Positions 49,116 to 61,732 of a DNA stretch of 64,000 bases are shown in pieces; position 1 is the stretch's first letter; the number at the start of each line of letters is the position of its first letter. The position numbers were made by a program, and so were the translations under genes. This stretch comes from Macrostomum lignano (taxonomy: Eukaryota). The notes below the pieces were generated by a model. That model saw only the letters and a program-made list of their open reading frames with translations. It was not told where the DNA came from and did not search any database. The stretch covers positions 62,001 to 126,000 of the forward strand of contig NIVC01002429.1 of NCBI GenBank assembly GCA_002269645.1, in the 5' to 3' direction.

Positions 49116-51040
49116 AGGGAGTGGGTATAAAGCTAAAGATCAGGGAGCTAAAGATTAGAGAGTCCAGAGAACCTACAGGTTCTCAGTGGCTTCTACCCTA
49201 TCTACGTGCATGTAAATAGATCTACAAAGTGCGTGTAACTAGTACATGTACATGCATTCCTGATTACAAATGTATTTCAGTGATGATAAAGGATCACTGG
49301 CTGCATAAAGCGCACAATCAGGCTTAATTCACTTTCCAGAGAATCCCGATCGTACATCTGCAACACCAATAATATAGCTGCTTGACTTTAAATCAGTGCA
49401 ACAAAATGGGAAGTGCAGGAAAATTTAATAGGCTACAGCACGCGGCTACAATGAAGCTCATTCAGTGCATGCAAATAATATTTCATAAGTTCTATGCAGT
49501 TAGTGCATGCTGTACTGTACTTTTATGTTGGCGCCGTACAATATCGATAAAAAGCAGCACAATTTTCGTAATTAATCAGCTGTGTTTTAATGGTGGGCTA
49601 TTTCCAGACGTTATACCGTGTCCATAATTTTTTTCTATAACTTCTATATTTTTTTCAACTGATTTTCGATTAAAGCTGATTATGTTAAATTATTTTATTC
49701 ATATGGTAATTGGTGCTATAGAAAGAGCATTGCATAATTAAAAAAATATGCATAGAATCGTGCTATCCGTAGAATGACTATCCAATTCCATTAAGCTATT
49801 TCAACCCTTCCCTTAGGAATAGGTGAAGACAATATTTTGTCGCAGGAGTTCAAACCCGGAGATTTAAGATTTGTTTGATTTCGAGTCTAATTTGAACTTT
49901 TGCGACCTAATATAGTTCATCATAAACGAACTTACAAAACTAAAGCAAGCGTTAAAATAACAGAAATTAAAGTCTTAGCAATATTTATATTTAATTTTAA
50001 TTATTGTAAATTTATACTGTACATTTAAGGCATTTCTCTCCCTAGATTTCCGTACTTGTAAATTAAATTTTAAAAGCAAACTACTATAGATTTAGATATC
50101 ATGTTCTTATACTATTTTATTATATTTTACTATCACTGAGGATCCTTAGTTTCTCTTCCAATAATTATTTCCTACAAAATCGACAGTTTAACAACGTCTT
50201 TTGTTGAAAGTGAAGCATTTAATTTTTTTAATTTAGGCGTACTTTTATTTAACATGTTAAGATTAATTCATTTAAATAAAGGCCGATAAAAATTTGATGC
50301 AACAAAAGCATTTTTAATATAAAAATCACTTAGTACAGGAAACAAAGGAAGTCGATAATTTTCGTGCCAGCCGTGAGCATAAACTGCAGTATCCACTGTT
50401 GGGCCAGACTCCCAATACATGCATGCAATTTCAGATATTAATGTGTAAAATTAATAACTAATTACAGTTGCCATGCAGATGCAGCTTTGTTATAAAGTTT
50501 TTTTCACTTTTAGTTTTAAAAACACAGCCCAGATAGCAGTATTTATAGAGAACTAGTTGAGGCAAAGCGAAAAAAAATAAAAAAATTATTTCTAAAAATC
50601 CATTTTATATGTATAAAAGCCCAAGAAAATCACGGAGCCGTTAGTTAAGTAATTAATAGGGGCTTGAGAAGACGGTGCGTGATCGCGACGATTCGGCGTG
50701 AAGACTTTCTTTGCTGGTTAATAAGAGTAATTTAGTAAAAACTTCCATTCATAGCGGGAAGATAAAAGCGGCAAACGATTGGGCGAGCAAGTTAAATTCA
50801 ATCGCATAGAAAACGGTTGCCAGACAGCAAACTAAAAGGGGGGCTTATCTAGCAAAAAGCAATACAAAAAACCGGCCCGATTAGGCCAGGAAAAACTGAA
50901 GGCTAAGACACTGAGCGCGCACTTCCTACTCTTAGTAGTAGAGGCGTTGCGTTAGCGCGCGGGCAGAGGAAATTATTGGCAGGTAGGGGGAGGGGGCGAG
51001 GAAGTCAAATCCGGAGGAGGGGCGCGGGGGCACAGGTGAG

Positions 51041-51495
51041 TTACTCATCGCGCGGCTCATCGCCTTCCGCTCCCGCCGCGTCATCTGCAGCGGCCGGAGC
51101 GGCGGTTTCATTCTCTTCCTCACCTGGCGCCGCCGCCGCGGCCGCTGACTCTGCGGCCTCAGGTGCCTCAGGCTCCGCTTCAGCTTCGGCCTCGGGCTTA
51201 TCCTCAGACTCAGGCTCAGCTTCAGGTTCCGCTTCAGGCTTCGATTCGGCCTCCGGCTCAGCTTCAGGCTGAGGTTCATCAGCTTCAGTCTCCGGCTTAG
51301 CCTCATCAGCTTCAGCCTCGGGTTCAGGCTCAGCCTTAGCCTCCGGTTCAGCCTCGTTCTCGACCGCCGCCGGTTCCGCGGGTTCCTCGCTTTTACCCTC
51401 CGCGGGTTCCTCGCTTTCACCCTCCGCGGATTTGGCCTCGCCCTGTTCCTGGCCACTCTTGCGCATCTCGGCCACCTCTTTGCGAGCTTGCATGC
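51041..51495 (-). CDS. Multi-IQ acidic protein, distal last exon (EPEAE-rich)
   Basis: ttgtag|GC ATG completes KIQAGFRG|MQARKEV; Glu/Ala/Pro-rich tail to TAA at 51041. Confidence 0.8.
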
Positions 51496-51593
51496 CTACA
51501 AGAATCAAGCAGCGTATTTTATAATAAAAATCACACTAGCTTTACATTTTGCTTGAAGCCTGTGGAAACGGATAGAGAGTAACGGATACTCAC

Positions 51594-51729
51594 CGCGGAA
51601 ACCAGCCTGAATTTTGGAAGCCGCCTGATTCTGAGCCGGATCGTTGGGATCCACGGCATTGGCGGCGTCCGAGTCGGCTTCGCCCTTGGCCTCGTCGGTC
51701 TTCTCCTCCTCCTCAGCCGCGACCGGCTT
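51594..51729 (-). CDS. Multi-IQ acidic protein exon (IQ motif 10)
   Basis: ttcaag|AAG...CGC G|GTGAGT: KPVAAEEEEK...VDPNDPAQNQAASKIQAGFRG. Confidence 0.82.
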
Positions 51730-52960
51730 CTTGAATTGAGAAAAGAAATGAGTTGGTTTTTGGGGAGAGTTCGGGTTCGAGCGTCAAGTGTCGGGGTTTC
51801 TGCGGCTAAGGCTGTTTTGCAGTTTTAGTATAGTGGACTAGCCATTTGCTCCCCCATAAATAAATGCAATCTAAATCTAGAAATTCAGTACTTCCAGATC
51901 CATTTAGAAACTGCTTGGGTGTCATCTCACCGTCTCAGGGCTCGAAGAGGATCTCAGATTAGAGAAGAAGGCGATCATTTTTTTCACCTGTCCGTCTTTT
52001 TGACAGCTGGCCATGGCCTAATAAGTATATTCTCTTATTTAAACCAAGCTAATTCTCGCTAGCAAAAAAGCAGAAAAGGTAAAGGATTTGTTTCGTCTTC
52101 TTCTTGTTCCGTGAAGAAATCAGCGCTGATAACTAAGCAAAATGCCGCTCTATTGGTTATGAAGTAGATGAGATTTGCATTCACTAAAACCTCGCTCTTT
52201 ATTGGCCGTCGCAAAAGGAACGCCAGAAATGAGGAAAAGGTGCGAAACGAATAGGGCAAACACGGAGCGCGGTGCGCAGTTCTGTGTTTTACAATTTGCA
52301 GCAAGAGGAGAGCTTTGAGTAACAGAGGGAGAGAATGCAGGGGCTAGCATTGGCGCCATATGGCGTATACAATTGAGATTTTTGTGACCTCTACTAATGC
52401 ATTCGCCCATTAAATGCTCTAGAAAGCTTGTCTGCAAATAACAAAGCGACTTGGAATTTATTTCTTGTAATTTTTTTAATAATACTACTCTCGTAGTTCG
52501 AAAACCTTTTAGTCCTCTCCCTATTGTCTTTTAAATATGCAAAAAACTATTAAATTTCACGAAGAACACCTTCCGATAATCAGGTAAAGCGCGAAATCAC
52601 TAAGCGGTTATTGTACTTGGCTAACAAAAATGCAGTGAAATATTGAGCAGAGAAAGCCATAAAATCCAGTGCCAAGCTTGCCGTTAATAGTTGCAGAAAT
52701 CTGACTCTTTGTAAAGGGGCAGGAAAAAACTGACGTTGGTCAAGTTCGAATTCATGAAGCCAGCTTGCGAAATGCAGCAGGTTCTGGCTCCATTTTGTTA
52801 TAATGAGCTGCGTAATGTTGTAGGCTGAGAAAATCCGATTTCAGATACAAAAATGCCTCTGTTAGCTTTCAACTAAAGCATATTGTGCGGCGGCTTCTAT
52901 TGCAAAATTGCGACACAAAGCGAGGCTTAATAAAAAGTCAAGCCACTCCCGATAATTATG

Positions 52961-54352
52961 TCAGTAATCCGTTGCGACCTCGAAGTCTCGTGAAGAATCT
53001 TCAGCCGCTGATGACTCGACGGGCGCAGAAAAAGTCTCATCGACCGGTGAAGACTCAGCTGCAGCTTCATCTGCAGCCTCCTCAACCGGTGAAGACTCAA
53101 CGGTAGTTTTATCAGCAGCCTCCTCAACCGGTGAAGACTCAACGGCGGCCTCATCAGCAGCCTCATCAACCGGTGAAGATTCAACTACAGCTTCATCGGC
53201 AGCCTCCTCAACCGGTGAAGACTCAACAATAGCTTTATCAGCAGCCTCATCAACCGGTGAAGACTCAACAATAGCTTCATCAGCATCATACTCAACCGGT
53301 GAAGACTCAACTGCAGCTTCATCAGCAGCCTCCTCAACCAGTGAAGCCTCAACGACGGCTTCATCAGCAGCCTCATCAACCAGTGAAGATTCAACTGCAG
53401 CTTCATCAACAGCCTCCTCAACCGGTGAAGACTCAACAATAGCTTTATCAGCAGCCTCCTCAACCGGTGAAGACTCAACGACGGCTTCATCAGCAGCCTC
53501 ATCAACCGGTGAAGACTCAACAATAGCTTTATCAGCAGCCTCCTCATCAACCGGTGAAGAATCAACAATAGCTTCGTCAGCATCATACTCAACCGGTGAA
53601 GACTCAACGGCAGTTTTATCAGCAGCCTCATCAACCGGTGAAGAATAAAGTGCAGCTTCATCCGCAGCCTCCTCAATGGGTGAAGACTCAACGTCAGCTT
53701 CATCAGCAGCCTTATCAATCGGTGAAGACTCAACGTTGGCTTTATCAGCAGCCTCATCAACCGGTGAAGACTCAACAATAGCTTTATCAGCAGCCTCCTC
53801 ATCAACCGGTGAAGAATCAACAATAGCTTCGTCAGCATCATACTCAACCGGTGAAGACTCAACGGCAGTTTTATCAGCAGCCTCATCAACCGGTGAAGAA
53901 TAAAGTGCAGCTTCATCCGCAGCCTCCTCAATGGGTGAAGACTCAACGTCAGCTTCATCAGCAGCCTTATCAATCGGTGAAGACTCAACGTTGGCTTTAT
54001 CAGCAGCCTCCTCAGCAGGTGCAGACTCGGCAACCACGGCGGTCTGCAGATCTACAGTCTCCTCAACGGGTGCAGACTCGGCAACCACGGCGGTCTGCAG
54101 ATCTACCGTCTCCTCAACGGGTGCAGACTCGGCAACCACGGCGGTCTGCAGGTCTACCGTCTCCTCAATGGGTGCAGACTCGGCAACCACGGCGGTCTGC
54201 AGATCCGCAACCTCATACTCATACTCGGTGTCAAAAGTAAGCAAAGCCTCGAATGCAGCCACTTTGTCATTAATTTTTGAGTCAAAGGGGGCTGACTCGG
54301 CAATGCTTGTTGGCTGCTTGATGCTGGGTACCGCACCAGAGGGAAATGGTTG
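52961..54352 (-). CDS. Multi-IQ gene, candidate alternative last exon: 463-aa acidic repeat region
   Basis: ttccctag|CAA, phase 0, in frame with ORF 52961-54262; 17-aa (DLQTAVVAESAPVEETV) and about 14-aa (EEAADEAAVESSPV) repeats; ends in TGA with no good donor. Confidence 0.65.
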   Translation of the reverse strand, partial: QPFPSGAVPSIKQPTSIAESAPFDSKINDKVAAFEALLTFDTEYEYEVADLQTAVVAESAPIEETVDLQTAVVAESAPVEETVDLQTAVVAESAPVEETVDLQTAVVAESAPAEEAADKANVESSPIDKAADEADVESSPIEEAADEAALYSSPVDEAADKTAVESSPVEYDADEAIVDSSPVDEEAADKAIVESSPVDEAADKANVESSPIDKAADEADVESSPIEEAADEAALYSSPVDEAADKTAVESSPVEYDADEAIVDSSPVDEEAADKAIVESSPVDEAADEAVVESSPVEEAADKAIVESSPVEEAVDEAAVESSLVDEAADEAVVEASLVEEAADEAAVESSPVEYDADEAIVESSPVDEAADKAIVESSPVEEAADEAVVESSPVDEAADEAAVESSPVEEAADKTTVESSPVEEAADEAAAESSPVDETFSAPVESSAAEDSSRDFEVATDY

Positions 54353-55050
54353 CTAGGGAAAGAGAAATAACGGGGGAAACTTAGAACGCATATAAGCATA
54401 CCTGCTTACAATTAACAGCAAACTTGAGAATATGGAAAATGTGATGTCAGTGGGAACATCTTTGATTTATTAGCCTACCAAGATGCAATAATTTCACACC
54501 TCAAGTTTTCTGCAAGAAATCTGTAAAGAAACAGAAAATGTCCCATCATGAAGCTTGACCATAATGAAACTGTGACACAATATAGTGTACTTGATTCAGA
54601 AATAAACGTTCGTTTTAATTTAATAAGCTTCATTTTGGTAAAGAATCATGATAAGCATCACAGTTTTATCAAGGTCAAGTTTCAAAATCGATCCTTCACA
54701 AAGTTCTGCAACAAAGTTCTGAAAGTACATGTAGTTGCGTAACCTTCTGTATTGGCACCAACTTTTGCAAGAAGATGCTTTTAAAACTCGCCAAAGCGTT
54801 GCTTGCAACTGAAGAAGTTGGACGAGAGGTTCGCTTGTAGAAAATTTTTCAAGTGGGGCAGACCAGGGTCGCCTCATGGTTACGAGCTAAAACAAACGGA
54901 TTAACCAAAGAGGCTTCTACCTGGTTAAGTACACGCCTTGGAATCATTGAAAAGTATAAATTATTTACGACAAAAATAGCAAGAAAATATGCAATTTATG
55001 GTCTAATAAAGAAAAGGAAAATTCAAGCAAGAACTGCACTGGTTTCTAAC

Positions 55051-55218
55051 CTCTTCCTCGGCCTCTTTCTGCTCCGCCGCTTCGTCCTGCTGCTCTTGGC
55101 CTGTTTCGTCCTTCAGCTTCTTGCGAGTCTGATAGCCTTTGAAGCCGGCCTGGATCTTGATGGCAGCCTGGGCCAGCTCGGGATCGTTCAGGTCGATCTC
55201 CTCCTCTGGGTTCTCCTG
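55051..55218 (-). CDS. Multi-IQ acidic protein exon (IQ motif 9)
   Basis: atctag|CAG...GAG|GTTAGA: QENPEEEIDLNDPELAQAAIKIQAGFKGYQTRKKLK...; phase 0. Confidence 0.85.
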
Positions 55219-55395
55219 CTAGATGGGGATTGGGAACAAATAGAATACACTGTAGTGAGCTTGCTCATCTCTTGGTTGCACTGAGCTCAGCTACGAGTCT
55301 ACGACTCAGAATCTACTTAAGAGCTTAATAACACGTATTTTCAAAATATTACGTTTTTTTCTAAATTACTATTTAGAATGGTATGAGTTTTTGAC

Positions 55396-56830
55396 TAGCT
55401 AATGTACATTCTTGATGCTTTAGAAAGGTAAGGACTATCGACTAGCTAATGTACATTCTTGATGCTTTAGAAAGGTAAGAACTATCGACATGCTAATGTA
55501 TATTCTTGATGCTTTAGAAAGATAAGGACTATCTACTAGCTAATGTACATTATTGATGCTTTAGAAAGGTAAGGACTATCGACTAGCTAATGTACATTAT
55601 TGATGCTTTAGAAAGATAAGGACTATCTACTAGCTAATGTACATTATTGATGCTTTAGAAAGGTAAGGACTATCCACTAGCTAATTTACATTCTTGATGC
55701 TTTAGAAAGGTAAGGACTATCGACTAGCTAATGTACATTATTGATGCTTTAGAAAGATAAGGACTATCTACTAGCTAATGTACATTATTGATGCTTTAGA
55801 AAGGTAAGGACTATCCACTAGCTAATGTACATTATTGATGCTTTAGAAAGATAAGGACTATCTACTAGCTAATGTACATTATTGATGCTTTAGAAAGGTA
55901 AGGACTATCGACTAGCTAATGTACATTATTGATGCTTTAGAAAGATAAGGACTATCTACTAGCTAATGTACATTATTGATGCTTTAGAAAGGTAAGGACT
56001 ATCCACTAGCTAATGTACATTATTGATGCTTTAGAAAGATAAGGACTATCTACTAGCTAATGTACATTATTGATGCTTTAGAAAGGTAAGGACTATCCAC
56101 TAGCTAATGTACATTATTGATGCTTTAGAAAGATAAGGACTATCTACTAGCTAATGTACATTATTGATGCTTTAGAAAGGTAAGGACTATCCACTAGCTA
56201 ATGTACATTATTGATGCTTTAGAAAGATAAGGACTATCTACTAGCTAATGTACATTATTGATGCTTTAGAAAGATAAGGACTATCTACTAGCTAATGTAC
56301 ATTATTGATGCTTTAGAAAGGTAAGGACTATCCACTAGCTAATGTACATTCTTGATGTTTTAGAAAGATAAGGACTATCGACTTGCTAATGTACATTATT
56401 GATGCTTTAGAAAGATAAGGACTATCTACTAGCTAATGTACATTATTGATGCTTTAGAAAGGTAAGGACTATCCACTAGCTAATGTACATTATTGATGCT
56501 TTAGAAAGATAAGGACTATCTACTAGCTAATGTACATTATTGATGCTTTAGAAAGGTAAGGACTATCCACTAGCTAATGTACATTATTGATGCTTTAGAA
56601 AGATAAGGACTATCTACTAGCTAATGTACATTATTGATGCTTTAGAAAGATAAGGACTATCTACTAGCTAATGTACATTATTGATGCTTTAGAAAGGTAA
56701 GGACTATCCACTAGCTAATGTACATTCTTGATGTTGTAGAAAGATAAGGACTATCGACTTGCTAATGTACATTATTGATGCTTTAGAAAGGTAAGGACTA
56801 TCGACTAGCTAATGTACATTCTTGATGCAT
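55396..56830. repeat. 47-bp minisatellite with alternating A/B variants (about 30 copies), intronic
   Basis: actagctaatgtacattattgatgctttagaaag(g/a)taaggactatc(c/t). Confidence 0.97.
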
Positions 56831-56897
56831 TAGAAGGGAATGAGCTATAGCCTGGCTAATGCACATATAATGCAAAGGTAAGCTTGCTTCATTATAC

Positions 56898-56981
56898 CTG
56901 AGGCTCCTCGGCCGCCTGCTCCTGAGCCTCGTCCTGCTGCTGCGGTTTCTCAGCCTCTTCGCCAGCATCCGGGGCCGCCTC
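56898..56981 (-). CDS. Multi-IQ acidic protein exon
   Basis: ttcaag|GAG...CAG|GTATAA: EAAPDAGEEAEKPQQQDEAQEQAAEEPQ; phase 0. Confidence 0.78.
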
Positions 56982-57172
56982 CTTGAATGAAAGCGAGAAT
57001 TAGGATTAATTTTCATATAAAGCTGCGCTCTACTCGATACGAAATCAAACTGAGACAAAGACAACAGAGAGAAAACTAGGCTACGTGTGAAAAGTGGAAA
57101 ATGTTAACAAAATGACAGTAAAACGAATATTTGGTGAGGTTTAAATTAATATTTTATTAGTAGGGGGGTTAC

Positions 57173-57253
57173 CTTGCTGGCACTCTTGCGACTCAGCGGA
57201 CCCTTTGACGAGCGCTCTCGATCGCCAAAGCAACACAGAAGAAATGAGCTCAT
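57173..57253 (-). CDS. Multi-IQ gene, candidate alternative first exon MSSFLLCCFGDRERSSKGPLSRKSASK
   Basis: ATG at 57253, donor AAG|GTAACC, phase 0, compatible with exon 56981. Confidence 0.5.
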
Positions 57254-58784
57254 GCTTCTGAGCCAATAAGTTATCTGAGTCTACACACCACTGGCTTAAG
57301 CTATTTGACACTAATTTGTTTTCTCTGCACAGCTGCACCTTTGTTAATTTGGCGGCAAAAAGTGCACATGCGCCGCCGAGCAATAGCAGGCTTGAGGGTG
57401 AGAGTGAGTGAAATATTGGAAGCAGGCCAGGAGCGAGAGGCCGAACGCAGAGAGCGTATATTTATGCATTTTATCCGCTGCAGGGTCTCGACTCTCGCCA
57501 GCTGAAAACTGTCTGACTTTTGGAATAGGAGAGCCGCACGGCCTCACCTGTGCGCGCAGGCCCGCTTCAGTTTTCAGAACTTCTCTCTCTCTCTCTCTCA
57601 CACTCAACCCTGAATGCTGTATCCATCGGACCTACAGTTTACACACACGCCGGAAGCAGATATTACCAATTGATAAACTTGGGACTTCCGTGTGCAAGTA
57701 GTCTGACTTGAACATCCCTCACTGTAAGATTAGTGATGAGCCTCTTACAGCTGCCAGGTGCACAGTCAGGTGGATGACTTAAAACGGTTTGAATGCGCAG
57801 GACCTACTGCAGCGTCGCTCGTATAAAATTCCAGTCAAGTTCTCCAAAAATAAACCCCGTTGCCTGCTTTCAAATAAACAGCCACTTGTACGGGACTGCC
57901 AAATGGAGGCAACTTAGCAGTTCTTGTGCTGTCAAATTAATAATTCATGGATACTTCTGCTCCAGTTGGACGGTAATCACCACGGAGATTAATTATAGCC
58001 TTTTAAGATTTGAGAAGATTTGATAGAAGTCTATGCACAGGTGCTGTACAAGAGTGCATAAGCACAGGCAATGTGTACTTTTTGGCAAGGAATTTGCTCT
58101 ATAGAGTTTCTATGCTCTATAGTGAGTTAGTAGCGGTCAATTCTGAGCTCTTGTTGAGTCTTGCAACAAGTTGGCTTAAATTCACGGTTGCTGAAGGTTT
58201 GCCTAGAAAAGCACAATGAACGAAAAATGCTTTCCAGTGTTAATTAGCGAGCTGTTAATATTGGGATTATGTGAATCTCAACAACACAATGGGACAAAAA
58301 ACACGGAATAAACTATTATCGGTCTCCATGCAGCCTAGAGCTCTTGTTAATAGGCACGAATTGAATTCGCAAACAAAGGAAGGTGATTGAACGATGCAGC
58401 ATTGAAAGCAAAGCAGGCATCCCAAACGCTTTGATAACTACAATGTAACAATACGCATGGTAGATGAACTCTACTCAAGTGCTCCCTGCTTGGTGACTGG
58501 CTACCAGGGACCCTGGAACTGTGAAAACTTAACTTTGTTTCCTTTTTAATCCAAAAACAAATACTTGTGCGGATTTAAAATTTACTTTTCTCTGTGAAAA
58601 TCTCTAAAATTTCTCTGAGTTCAGTCTTCCAGTCCAGGGCAGTTCCAGTTGTCCCTGATAATTACTAAGTCAGTAGTAAAAATGATAAAAGCTAGTACTA
58701 ATAAAATTGGGACTTAGGAAACTAAAACAAACTCGGCACTGGGTAAGTGCCAGTGACTGGGAACGCTCGAGCGGCATAGGATAC

Positions 58785-60008
58785 CTTTCCTGTTTCTGCG
58801 GAGTTAGCGTCCCCGGAGCGGGACTTATGGCTGCTCCATCCGCGTTGAATTTTGACAGCAGCCGCCTGCACCTCTGGGTCGTTCAGATCTATATCTACCT
58901 CCTCTTCACCGTCCTTGTCTCTAATCTGTCCCGCGGGCTCTGGAGCAGACTCTTCAACTACATCAGGCTCGCTGACTTCATCAGCTTTCTTAGCCCGAGA
59001 CTTGTGGCTGCTCCAGCCGCGTTGTATCTTGACGGCAGCTGCCTGAACCTCTGGGTCTTCCAGATCGATGTCTACCTCTTCTTCATCATTTTTCTTCTCT
59101 TCTTCCGCAGTTTCTGGAGCGCCCTCTTCAGCTGGCTTTGCTGCATCATCTTCATCAGCTTTCTTAGCCCGAGACTTGTGACTGCTCCAGCCGCGTTGTA
59201 TTTTGACAGCAGCTGCCTGAACCTCCGGGTCTTCAAGATCAATATCTACTTCTTCTTCAACATTGTCCTTCTTCTCTTCCACAGATTCTTGAGCAGTCTC
59301 CTTAACAGCATCATCTTCATCTGTCTTATTGGCTCGAGACTTGTGACTGCTCCAACCACGTTGAATCTTGACAGCGGCTGCCTGCACTTCTGGGTCTTCA
59401 AGGTCAATATCTACCTGCTCCTCTTCGGCTTCCTCTTCAACCGGCTCGGGAGCAGTCTGTTCAACTGGCTCAGCTCCATCAGCGTCCTCAGACTTCTTAG
59501 AGCGGGACTTGTGGCTGCTCCAGCCTCGTTGAATCTTAACAGCAGCTGCCTGCACCTCTGGATCCTCCAGATCTATGTCTACTTCCTCTTCTTCATCGTG
59601 TTTATTCTCTTCCGCAGATTCTGAAGCAGTTTCTTTAACTGGTTCGACAGCTTCATCTTGATCAGTCTTTTTAGCCCGAGACTTGTGGCTGCTCCAGCCT
59701 TGTTGAATCTTGACAGCAGCTGCCTGCACCTCTGGATCTTCCAAATCGATGTCAACCTCTTCCTCTTCCTCAGCGTTTTTCTCAACCGGTTTAGCTTCAT
59801 CAGCTTCATCAGACTTCTTAGGGCGGGATTTATGACTGCTCCAGCCTTTCTGAATCTTAACAGCAGCCGCTTGCACCTCTGGGTCTTCCAGATCTATGTC
59901 TACCTCTTCCGCAACCCCCGGGTCCCCTGCCTCGGTCTTGGCAGCAGCGGTGCTTTCATCGGCTGCAGACTGAGCAGCCTCGACGGCTGCTGCTGCTGCC
60001 CTCATTGC
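58785..60008 (-). CDS. Multi-IQ acidic protein, exon with 7 tandem acidic-IQ modules
   Basis: tttcag|GCA...AAG|GTATCC; 7 copies of VDIDL(E/N)DPEVQAAAVKIQxGWSSHKSR separated by acidic linkers. Confidence 0.88.
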
Positions 60009-60286
60009 CTGAAAGCGTCGCGCAAAAAATGTTCTTGCAGAGTGCGAGTACGCAATGTAGCTTGCAAAAACTAATGCTGTATATTAATTAGCCTTGACAC
60101 GAACTATTTTTAGCGAAATAGACATAATTAGAGTTTAATTATTAGAAAGCAATTGTTAAAAAGCAAAGATGTTAAAAAAACAGTAGCGATGCATGATCAT
60201 GGGGGTTTACAATAGACAGTGCCTTATTGTGATCCGCTCATGTATTGACAGCTTATGTGGTAATTTAAATTGAAAATCCAGCTCAC

Positions 60287-60394
60287 CTCTCGCTTGGCCT
60301 TCATATCCTTTCGGGTGCGGTAGCCCTTGTAGCCGGCCTGTATTTTCACGGCCGCCTCTTCCAATTCGTCCTTGGATGGGCCCTCGATGATTTT
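60287..60394 (-). CDS. Multi-IQ acidic protein exon (IQ motif 1)
   Basis: gacag|AAA...GAG|GTGAGC: KIIEGPSKDELEEAAVKIQAGYKGYRTRKDMKAKRE. Confidence 0.85.
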
Positions 60395-61732
60395 CTGTCG
60401 GGAGAGAGTTGAGAGTGCACATTTGATTGGTTATTTATTGTTGAGATGACTGCTATATGTGCAAGAGACCGCTGTCGGGGAGCAGCAATAGCTGCTTGAA
60501 CTCAATATTATGGATCGAGGTGGTACAGACATCTTTAATGACAGTTCACAGCCATTTTTACCCAAATCAGTATTACAGTAAACAAAAAATGAGCTGTAGA
60601 AATAGTAAAAGTCCCAACAAACTGCCATGAATCAAATCGGAATCCAAAAATTCGGGAATATAAATGATTAAATTAACTTTAAAAAAATATTTTAAGGGTT
60701 CAATCGTGCTTTCATTAAGCCAATAGGATTCATTTCCGTAAATAGGCTTATGGAAAGCTCTGCCTTCATTTACATTAGAGAACGTCCATATATGGAAATG
60801 AATACATTTTACTCTGAGCCATTCATTGCAAAGTAATCAACTTATGCTGCAAATTATCTAGAGCAAACAGCGCACAAATCCAAGTGAAACAGCGAAGATA
60901 ACCTCATTTACAATCGCTGGCATTGTTATTTATATATTTCTTGATGTCTGACTGCATAAATACTTTGGCGTGGTAAGAAAGAGTAAGACGTGCATGGGCA
61001 AATAAAAATAAATAATATTTAAAGAGGTTAGAAGCGACCAAAGTCAACTGCAAAACTAATTGGGACCAGAAACGCAGACAGCAGATTGGGTACTTGGCGG
61101 TGTTCACGCGGTCCACACCCACACGCAAACTGCAACAAACCAAACCGGGCTGTAGGCTCCCCTTTGCGTTGCCAAGCATCTCAGAATGAATATACATGTA
61201 AATACCGGCGTATGTGCGCAAATTTGTACCGACTATTTTGGGCACAAATGTTAATAATAATAGCATCACAATTCGTATTCGAATTCGGCTACAACTCTGC
61301 CAACTCTGTGTTTACTTTAGCTTGGTAGCAAACGCTTCGCTTGATACCAAACCGCCCGAACGCATTATTCTCTTCGCTCCCCGATGCCAATGAGTAGTAA
61401 GTAAAGCATTTAAATGCGCAGATAGTAGCAGTTTCACAAATCAGTTTAGATAAGCCGTGAGATTCAATTAACTATGCAAGTTCAGACTTGCAATTTCCAC
61501 CGTTTCGCCTTGTTTATACAACCGATTACAACCAAGCACAGATTACGCAGAACGGGAGCAAGTAACTCATGAGTTTTGGCTTTGCGACCATGATAGCTTT
61601 TGGTCTAGGGGGAAGCTAAAGGGTAGGCTGGATTGATAATGCGGGTAAATTGAAGCTTGAGATTGAGACTTGTTGATTATTCGCACCTTGGCTAAGCGCT
61701 GGATTGGCCAACGTCCTCCACCCCATCCTCAC

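Noticed and set aside
48607-51041. Possible fusion of the IQ gene with the PEX19-like gene
   Set aside because: The IQ terminal exon ends in TAA, followed by AT-rich sequence with a minus-strand AATAAA near 50245. The only donor there (GA|GTAACT) is weak and phase-incompatible with the candidate acceptors.
54760-54860. Penelope/hammerhead-like CTGAAGA...GAAA motif (a similar hint at about 8110-8155)
   Set aside because: Stem II does not pair and there is no RT/GIY-YIG ORF; at most a degenerate remnant.
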